Source: Bradymonadia bacterium
Lineage (GTDB): Bacteria; Myxococcota_A; Bradymonadia; UBA7976; UBA1532
Reading direction: 5' to 3'
NCBI GenBank assembly: GCA_046290225.1
Contig: JBKAGE010000079.1
Coordinates: 32,001-96,000 of the forward strand
DNA: 64,000 nucleotides
A program made the position numbers and the translations under genes. The notes under the pieces are model-generated. The model searched no databases. It was not told the DNA's origin and saw only the letters and a program-made list of their open reading frames with translations. Shown here piece by piece: positions 40,080-48,081 of the stretch. Every line of letters starts with the position of its first letter. The first letter of the stretch is position 1.

Positions 40080-40098
40080 GAAGTCTGTGAATCAGTGT

Positions 40099-40173
40099 TG
40101 GAGCCGTGAGAGGGACTCGAACCCCCGCCTTCTCATTACGAAAGAGATATTCTCCCCGTTAAACCATCACGAC
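40099..40173 (-). tRNA. tRNA-Thr(CGU), atypical body
   Basis: Cloverleaf GUCGUGA/UCACGGC, loop UU-CGU-AA, UUCGAGU T-loop, U73, encoded CCA; U31-U39 mismatch. Confidence 0.85.
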
Positions 40174-40186
40174 GGCACTGATGTTG

Positions 40187-40258
40187 AGCTGCGAGGGGGA
40201 GTCGAACCCGCGTCTCCTCCCTACCATGGAGGCGTTCTGGCCGTTGAACTACCGCAGC
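40187..40258 (-). tRNA. tRNA-Thr(GGU), atypical body
   Basis: GCUGCGG/UCGCAGC, D-stem GUUC/GAAC, loop AU-GGU-AG, one C-C mismatch in T-stem, U73 followed by CAA. Confidence 0.8.
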
Positions 40259-40293
40259 GCTCAGTATCTTGTTCTCAAAAGCAAAATGTGTAG

Positions 40294-40365
40294 AGCCGCG
40301 AGGGGGAATCGAACCCCCATCTCATCGTTGGCAACGATGCGTCCTAGCCGTTGAACGACCGCGGC
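40294..40365 (-). tRNA. tRNA-Gly(GCC), atypical C3:G70
   Basis: GCCGCGG/UCGCGGC, stem CAUCG/CGAUG, loop UU-GCC-AA, T-arm GGGGG-UUCGAUU-CCCCC, U73 followed by CUA. Confidence 0.85.
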
Positions 40366-40372
40366 GAATTGT

Positions 40373-40446
40373 TGGAGCCGTGAGAGGGAATCGAACCCCC
40401 ACCCCCTCAGTACAAAAGAGGGATTCTGCCATTGAACCATCACGGC
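40373..40446 (-). tRNA. tRNA-Thr(UGU), atypical body
   Basis: GCCGUGA/UCACGGC, loop UU-UGU-AC, U31-U39 mismatch, U73, encoded CCA. Confidence 0.85.
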
Positions 40447-40485
40447 GCTCAGGTACGCGTCATTTGGACATCAAACTCTGTGTAG

Positions 40486-40557
40486 AGCCGCTGGGGGGAA
40501 TCGAACCCCCATCTTCTCCTTGGAAGGGAGCCATTCTGGCCATTGAACTACAGCGGC
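40486..40557 (-). tRNA. tRNA-Gly(UCC), atypical C3:G70
   Basis: GCCGCUG/CAGCGGC, loop CU-UCC-AA, G27-A43 mismatch, U73 followed by CUA. Confidence 0.85.
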
Positions 40558-40558
40558 A

Positions 40559-41055
40559 TCCGGCCCTGCGGCGGCGATAGCCGCCGTGAGGCCTCCCTGC
40601 GTTTCTCCCGTTGCGACCGTGAGGCTGATCGGGGGACGGATCGAAAGGGCGATCTCGCCGATCAGCCTTTGGCCGCATCGGATACAGGGGCCACGGTGAA
40701 GTGGCGGATGTCCAACGACAGGCAGACCTGTCGTACGATCATCGAAACATGGCATTCTCCTCGCCCCCTCGGGGCTGAGTTGCACGTGTTGTGGTGGAGC
40801 TGGCCGGAGTCGAACCGGCAACCTTCTGCGAGCCATGCAGGTGCTCTCCCAGTTAAGCTACAGCCCCACAAATATTTGGTGTTTCAGTCGTTCAGTCTTG
40901 GCCCGAAAGGGGTGCCCGACGCTGTGTCGAGGCGCCCCGATAACTTGTCCGTCTATGCCCGAGACAATCCCGCATCCCCCTCTCACCTGATCCCAGTCGA
41001 GATCGGAAATGGCGAAGGGAGTCCCCACGGCGGCTGGCGCCGCCGCAGGGGCGGA
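40559..41055. repeat. Pair of 40-bp inverted repeats (40559-40598 and 41016-41055) within structured tRNA spacers
   Basis: Manual alignment gives 35/40 identity in inverted orientation; each copy is itself a GC-rich hairpin. Confidence 0.85.
40792..40867 (-). tRNA. tRNA-Ala(GGC) with unusual U37
   Basis: GGGGCUG/CAGCUCC with G3:U70, A73, CCA; loop AU-GGC-UC. Confidence 0.85.
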
Positions 41056-41059
41056 CAAG

Positions 41060-41132
41060 TGGAGCTGGGCGGAATCGAACCGCCAACCTTCCCCGTGCGA
41101 GGGGGGTGCTCTCCCAATTGAGCTACAGCCCC
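41060..41132 (-). tRNA. tRNA-Ala(CGC)
   Basis: GGGGCUG/CAGCUCC with G3:U70, A73, loop CU-CGC-AC; followed by CUU, not CCA. Confidence 0.88.
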
Positions 41133-41424
41133 AGAACAATCGAGTCCGGGTATTTCGTCAGAGCAGGGCACAGTGGTGCTGTGCCTGCTCAGGGTGGCTT
41201 GTGGATCGAAAGACAGGGGTCACTGTTCATGTGTGTTCTCCAGTTATAGATGTAAGTATTGCGTCTCAGGAGGGCGTCGATAGATAGACGCTCACCTGAC
41301 AAGAGTCATAACTTCTCGTCCGCGTGATCGATCACGGGCATGAGAAACCAGAGATCCAATGCTGCACCTTCCCCCAATACGGGGGTGGCCGAGCAAGGAG
41401 AGACCGACGTTCGTTTTCGGGTGG

Positions 41425-41465
41425 AAATGAAAACGCCCGCCTCTCCAAGCCAGGAGGGGCGGGCG
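41425..41465 (-). terminator. Intrinsic terminator (attenuator) upstream of the tRNA array
   Basis: CGCCCGCCCCUCC-UGGCUU-GGAGAGGCGGGCG followed by UUUUCAUUU. Confidence 0.85.
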
Positions 41466-41511
41466 CCGCGTAGAACCGTGTTGTTGAACGATTCTAGGGC
41501 GTTACCCCTCC
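41453..41511 (-). promoter_or_regulatory. Antiterminator hairpin overlapping the leader ORF 3' end and the terminator 5' arm
   Basis: GGAGGGGU/GCCCCUCC, CGCC/GGCG and UAGAAUCGU/ACGGUUCUA nested pairings; mutually exclusive with the terminator. Confidence 0.75.
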
Positions 41512-41673
41512 GATGAGACCGATACCTTTACCTGCTCTGAGCCATGAGGCTTGAGCGTTTCCGGCATCGCTGGGCCCTTCTACACACAGACCCGCCGTTG
41601 CCTCGAAGGCATCGGTACGACGTGTTGCGCTCAAGGCCGCGACGTCGATGATGTGGGTGGTGTAGAAAAACAC
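41494..41673 (-). CDS. Putative attenuator leader peptide (59 aa)
   Basis: GGAG 8 nt before GTG; MFFYTTHIIDVAALSATRRTDAFEATAGLCVEGPSDAGNAQASWLRAGKGIGLIGGVTP*; not in the supplied ORF track. Confidence 0.7.
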   Translation of the reverse strand: MFFYTTHIIDVAALSATRRTDAFEATAGLCVEGPSDAGNAQASWLRAGKGIGLIGGVTP

Positions 41674-41751
41674 AGCAAGGGCTCCAGAGTTGTGACCCGC
41701 CTTGGGGTCATGGGTTCAATGTGTGAGTTGTGTATGTCAGAGACGTGTATG

Positions 41752-41780
41752 TTTCTATGGCTCAGTCATGTGTCGGTCAA
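41752..41780 (-). promoter_or_regulatory. Possible sigma70-type promoter for the leader/tRNA transcript
   Basis: TTGACC-17 nt-TAGAAA about 80 nt upstream of the leader start; imperfect -10. Confidence 0.4.
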
Positions 41781-41967
41781 GGAGAAATCTGAGAAAAATG
41801 CTCTGAATAGTCACTCAGTGTCGTAAGTGGCTGTGAATATGGTGTTTTGGTCGGGAAGTTTTTTCGAGAATATACCCCTGCCCATGCGAATGGAGCCGGT
41901 GATGATCAGCCCGTTGACCCCGCGGGCTGCTTGCTTTCCGTTCGGACCCCGTTTACACCCCCAGGCC

Positions 41968-42684
41968 ATGAGCACGCCCGAGCCCAACACGATCCAGCGC
42001 CGCTTCATGTCGCTTCTCGAGCCTATGGCCCACTACCACCAGCATCGCGTAGAGGGCATGGAGCACATCCCCAGAGAGGGAGGCTTCATGTTGTTGGCGA
42101 ACCACAGCTTCGCCACCTACGACAGCTTTCTGCTGGGCATGGCTGTCTACAAGGCCACGGGCCGGCCCCCTGTGGGCCTCGGGGACGACAGCATCTTCAA
42201 GGTGCCGTTCTTGAAGGACTGGGCGCTCGAAGCTGGGCTGCACCCCGCCAACCCCGAGAACGCTGTGGCCCTGCTCGAGGCCGGGGAGATGGTGTTCCTC
42301 GCCCCTGGGGGCATGTGGGAGGCGGTGCGGCCCTCGTCACAGAAGTATCGCGTGCGCTGGGACAGCCGCATGGGCTTTGCTCGTCTGGCGATGCGGGCCC
42401 AGGTGCCCATCCTGATCGCGGCGTGCCCTGAGGCGGACGACATCTACACGCTGTACGACAACCCGTTCACCGAGAAGGTGTACCGGCGCTTCAAGCTGCC
42501 CTTTGCTGTCGCCAGGGGGGTGGGGCCCACGCCGATCCCCCGCAAGGTGCCCCTGGTGCACTACATCGCCCCGCCCATTCGTCCGCCTGCTCTGGAGGAT
42601 GGAGACGAAGAGGCGCAGATTCGGGCGTTTCGAGATCAGGTGATGGGGCAGATGAACGAGTTGCTGTTCCGCAACTCGCCCTGA
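41968..42684 (+). CDS. Lysophospholipid/PlsC-like acyltransferase
   Basis: VEGMEHIP, ANHSFATYD, APGG..EA, GFARLA..AQVPI motifs; start taken at MSTPEP. Confidence 0.88.
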   Translation: MSTPEPNTIQRRFMSLLEPMAHYHQHRVEGMEHIPREGGFMLLANHSFATYDSFLLGMAVYKATGRPPVGLGDDSIFKVPFLKDWALEAGLHPANPENAVALLEAGEMVFLAPGGMWEAVRPSSQKYRVRWDSRMGFARLAMRAQVPILIAACPEADDIYTLYDNPFTEKVYRRFKLPFAVARGVGPTPIPRKVPLVHYIAPPIRPPALEDGDEEAQIRAFRDQVMGQMNELLFRNSP

Positions 42685-42705
42685 GCTGCGACGGAGGCTG
42701 TGGTG

Positions 42706-43192
42706 GGGCCTTGGTAGGCAGTCATCGCTTCGCTCCGCCTGCGTAGGCGCCGGGCCTTCGGCAGTCCTGCGGACCGCCTCGTCTGGCGCGTACACGTTCG
42801 GGCATCCGCTTGCGCGGACACCCTTCCGGGTAGGCAGGGTCGCTCAGGGCTTCGCCCTTCTTGCTCACTCCCCTGCGTAAAGAGTTTCTTCTGTATCTTG
42901 TTGCTGAACCCCGCCGGGATTCGACCTACCGCGAACCTGCAAGCCTCTGAGTGTGAATGCTCGGCGAAAGCCCCAGCAGCGCCGGAATCAGTGCAAAGTC
43001 ACACCAGAACTGACTTTTTACGCAGGGGAGCGAGCAAACAAGGCGAAGCCTTGAGCGACCCTGCCTACCCGGAAGGGTGTCCGCGCAAGCGGATGCCCGA
43101 ACGTGTACGCGCCAGACGAGGCGCATCGAAGATGTGCCGAAGGCCGGGCGCCTACGCAGGCGGAGCGAAGCGACGGCTGCCTACAAAGGCCC
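42706..43192. repeat. Long inverted repeat (about 180-bp arms, about 127-bp spacer), REPIN/MITE-like
   Basis: 42706-42885 is the reverse complement of 43013-43192, including a perfect core of about 70 bp; lies between convergent genes. Confidence 0.9.
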
Positions 43193-43229
43193 AGCCCCAA
43201 CATTCATGGTGTCATGCCCACCCATCTCA

Positions 43230-43901
43230 TCAGGCTCTGCTCAGCCGACAAACCCGAATGCGCGCCGTTCCCCCAGGAATCAGAGGCCCACTCAAGGGCT
43301 TGACGAGCGTGTCCAACTGCCAGCCGGAGAGCTGCTCGAGAAACCTCGGCACGTGATCCCGGCCCGGATCTGCGATCCAGGCCACCCCGTCCTCAGCGAG
43401 CATGGCGTCGATGGCGCCATAGAGCATGGGCCCGTTCCGCGGCTCGTACAGCACATCTGCTGCCAGGATCGTACGCCAGCGCTCATCAGGGGGATGACGC
43501 CAGTCGATCAAGCGACCCGACATCTGCAGCCCGTTCTCTTCTGCGCTCGCCAGGGCGTATTGCTGCGCCTCGTCGATCCAGTCGCTCACCGTGACCGACG
43601 CTTGCTCACCGGATGCCCGAGCTGCGGCCAGGCCCACGAGGGCGAGGCCCGCGCCGAGCTCGAGCGTGGGCCCTGTGACCGGCACCACACCTTCCTCCAC
43701 GAGGGTGGCCAGGCCGATGGCCGAGGGCCACAAGTCAGCCCAGTAGGGCATCTTGTCGTCTGGATCAGGGGGGGCATCGGCGAGGGCGTCGAGGAGATCT
43801 TCGCTGCTCGCCGGTTGCCAGACCTTCAGCGGGCCCAGCGGGAGCGGGACTTCGTTGAGCGTCGATGGATAGGGCAGGGGACGGGGCGGGTTCGCTTTCA
43901 T
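43230..43901 (-). CDS. Class I SAM-dependent methyltransferase (Methyltransf_16-like)
   Basis: PYWADLWPSA, LELGAGLAL, ILAADVLYE, IADPGR. Confidence 0.88.
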   Translation of the reverse strand: MKANPPRPLPYPSTLNEVPLPLGPLKVWQPASSEDLLDALADAPPDPDDKMPYWADLWPSAIGLATLVEEGVVPVTGPTLELGAGLALVGLAAARASGEQASVTVSDWIDEAQQYALASAEENGLQMSGRLIDWRHPPDERWRTILAADVLYEPRNGPMLYGAIDAMLAEDGVAWIADPGRDHVPRFLEQLSGWQLDTLVKPLSGPLIPGGTARIRVCRLSRA

Positions 43902-43982
43902 GGCGCGCACGGTATCACAGCGGCTCAAGGTGCAGCGGCCTGGTGTCCGAAGTACTCCGGCACGGGCGATGAAGGAGGACAT

Positions 43983-45167
43983 ATGGAGTGGGTGTCAGCC
44001 CTGTCGGAGGCCGCGGACCTCAGCGCCGCCATCGAAGCGACCGTGGAAGACGTCCAGAGCCGTATGGAGGGGGCGCCCGACATCGTCTTCGCCTTCCCCT
44101 CGGCGGACTATGAAGAGGCCATCAGCGGCATCGTTGATGCCCTCGATCGAGCGTGGCCTGGTGTGATCGTCATGGGATGTACGGCAGGGGGCGTTGTCGG
44201 CGACGGCCGGGAATTCGAAGGGCCCCGTGGCCTCGCCCTCACCGCGGCGCAGTTGCCAGGTGTCGAGATCACGACGTTCGTCATCGAGAGCGAGCAGCTC
44301 CCCGAAGCCGATGCGGGCCCAGAGGCTTGGAGCCAGCTCATCGGTGTGTCTGCCGACGCTCTGCCTCACTTCGTGGTGACCCCTGATCCGTTCACTTTTG
44401 ATGCTGAGCGGCTGATCCGTGGCATCGACGCCACCTGGCCCCAGAGCACCCTCGTCGGTGGTCTCGCCAGCGGTGGTCGGCGGCCTGGCGGGCATCTGCT
44501 CTTCGCAGGCGATCGTGTGGTGGAGGGGGGCGCCGTGGGTGTGGCCTTCACCGGCGACATCGCTGTAGAGACTGTCGTAGCTCAGGGGTGTCGACCCATT
44601 GGGCACCCCATGTTCATCACCCGGGGGAGCGGCAACATCATCTCCGAGCTCGATGGCCAGCCCGCCACCGAGGTCCTCGCCGAGCTATTCGAAGGGCTCT
44701 CTCCGGAAGACAAGGGGCTGTTTCGCAATGCGCTGTTCCTTGGGCTGGTCATGGATCCCGAGCAGCAGATGTACAGCCACGGCGACTTCTTGATCCGAAA
44801 CATCATGGGGGTGGACCCCACCTCGGGCATCCTCGCCGTGGGGGCGCGGATCAACAGCTCCCAGGTGATCCAGTTCCACTTGCGCGACGCCCGGACCTCG
44901 GAAGATGATCTGCGGGCCTTGCTCAAGGCGTCGCGAGACCGTGGAGATCGGGCACCGGCAGGTGCGTTGATCTTCTCCTGTCTCGGCCGGGGTGAAGGGC
45001 TGTATGGTCAGCCCGACCTCGAGAGCAGGGTGATCCAGGGCACCATGGGGCCAGTCCCCACGGGCGGCTTCTTCTGCAACGGTGAGATCGGCCCGGTGCA
45101 CGGGCGGACCTTCCTGCACGGATACACCAGCGCCCTGGCCCTGTTCCGCCCGAAGAACTGTCAATGA
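43983..45167 (+). CDS. FIST-domain sensory protein
   Basis: GCTAGGVVG, VGGLASGG, VAQGCRPIG, FLIRNIMG, FSCLGRG, GFFCNGEIGP, LHGYT; GGAGG RBS. Confidence 0.92.
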   Translation: MEWVSALSEAADLSAAIEATVEDVQSRMEGAPDIVFAFPSADYEEAISGIVDALDRAWPGVIVMGCTAGGVVGDGREFEGPRGLALTAAQLPGVEITTFVIESEQLPEADAGPEAWSQLIGVSADALPHFVVTPDPFTFDAERLIRGIDATWPQSTLVGGLASGGRRPGGHLLFAGDRVVEGGAVGVAFTGDIAVETVVAQGCRPIGHPMFITRGSGNIISELDGQPATEVLAELFEGLSPEDKGLFRNALFLGLVMDPEQQMYSHGDFLIRNIMGVDPTSGILAVGARINSSQVIQFHLRDARTSEDDLRALLKASRDRGDRAPAGALIFSCLGRGEGLYGQPDLESRVIQGTMGPVPTGGFFCNGEIGPVHGRTFLHGYTSALALFRPKNCQ

Positions 45168-45208
45168 CGAGGTGCTGATCGCCGGCGCCTCCCGCCGGTG
45201 AGCCCACA

Positions 45209-46105
45209 GTGTCCCTGATTCATCTGCCCTTCGACTTCTCCACCGAGCCCTCCCGAGAAGGCCCCCACCGCCCCCGCATGTTGATCACCATCGGCGACGC
45301 CGAGGTGAGCGGTCTGTGGGGCGCCACCCTCGACGCGCGAGTCTTCGCCGCCGAAGGCGCCCGCTGCGCCACCATCATCACCGGGACCGCCCTCGACGCA
45401 CCCGATGGGCCCATCGCCCAGACCCACTTGCCGGCGTCGGCCATCAACCTGCACCTCGGCGCCACCCTCGCTGGAGGCCCGTGTGACGGGGTGAAGCTCG
45501 GCCGTTTGAGTGACGAGGGCGCGGTGAAGGCGGTGCACGAGGCCCTCGGTGAGCAGCCCCCGGAGCCTCTGGTCGTGGCGCCGGCTCTCGCGGATCGTCG
45601 AGGCAACGCGCTGCTCTCGCCCATGGGCGTCATGGCCCTGCGCCGTCTGGTGTTTCCCAAGGCCAGCATCCTGGTGATGGATCTCACCACTGCGGAGCAG
45701 CTCACCGGGCGGCCCACCCGCACCGCCGACGAGATGCGCGACGCGTGTCGCCGGCTCTTCGACGAGGGATGTCGCAATGTGCTGGTCACTGGCGGCCAGC
45801 TCGAAGGCACCCCCATGGATCTCTTCTTCGACGGCTCGGGTTTCATCGACTACGGCGCTGATCGCCGGTCGAGCAAAGGTCTGAGGGGGGTCGGTGATGT
45901 CTTCACCGCGCAGCTGCTCTGCCGGCTCAGCGAGGGCCGCCCGACGCCAGAGGCCATCGACGAAGCCCGAGGCGCGACGATCCAGGCCCTCGACAAGGCT
46001 CTTGAGGGCCCGCCGGGCCTGCGACTGGTCGATCCCATGAACCCCCTGTATCCGAAGCTGGGCAAACACCCTGATCCTGTGTTTGATCGCCCCGAATCCC
46101 CCTGA
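45209..46105 (+). CDS. ThiD/PfkB-like kinase homolog (divergent)
   Basis: Overall ThiD layout (VKLGRL, NVLVTGG, RGVGDVF) but substrate motifs altered. Confidence 0.65.
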   Translation: MSLIHLPFDFSTEPSREGPHRPRMLITIGDAEVSGLWGATLDARVFAAEGARCATIITGTALDAPDGPIAQTHLPASAINLHLGATLAGGPCDGVKLGRLSDEGAVKAVHEALGEQPPEPLVVAPALADRRGNALLSPMGVMALRRLVFPKASILVMDLTTAEQLTGRPTRTADEMRDACRRLFDEGCRNVLVTGGQLEGTPMDLFFDGSGFIDYGADRRSSKGLRGVGDVFTAQLLCRLSEGRPTPEAIDEARGATIQALDKALEGPPGLRLVDPMNPLYPKLGKHPDPVFDRPESP

Positions 46106-46122
46106 GCACCCGGAGCACGCAG

Positions 46123-48077
<1,955 letters not shown>

Positions 48078-48081
<4 letters not shown>

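Noticed and set aside
40099..41132. tRNA array as a prophage or island attachment site, or as a CRISPR-like repeat array
   Set aside because: No integrase, phage or cas genes, and no duplicated tRNA 3' end seen; the repeats fold as cloverleaves.
41140..41200. Hammerhead ribozyme (CUGACGA next to a hairpin, minus strand)
   Set aside because: No properly placed GAAA, stem II/III or NUH cleavage triplet.
40057..41287. ORFs of 60 aa or more overlapping the tRNA genes
   Set aside because: Spurious translations of tRNA sequence.
42900..42940. tRNA-like GGGATTCGACC in the spacer of the long inverted repeat
   Set aside because: Imperfect T-loop and no cloverleaf can be built.
43077..43982. N-terminal extension of the FIST ORF and short ORFs beginning MSAQADARTC
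   Set aside because: They come from reading through the inverted repeat and the antisense methyltransferase; the FIST start with RBS is at 43983.
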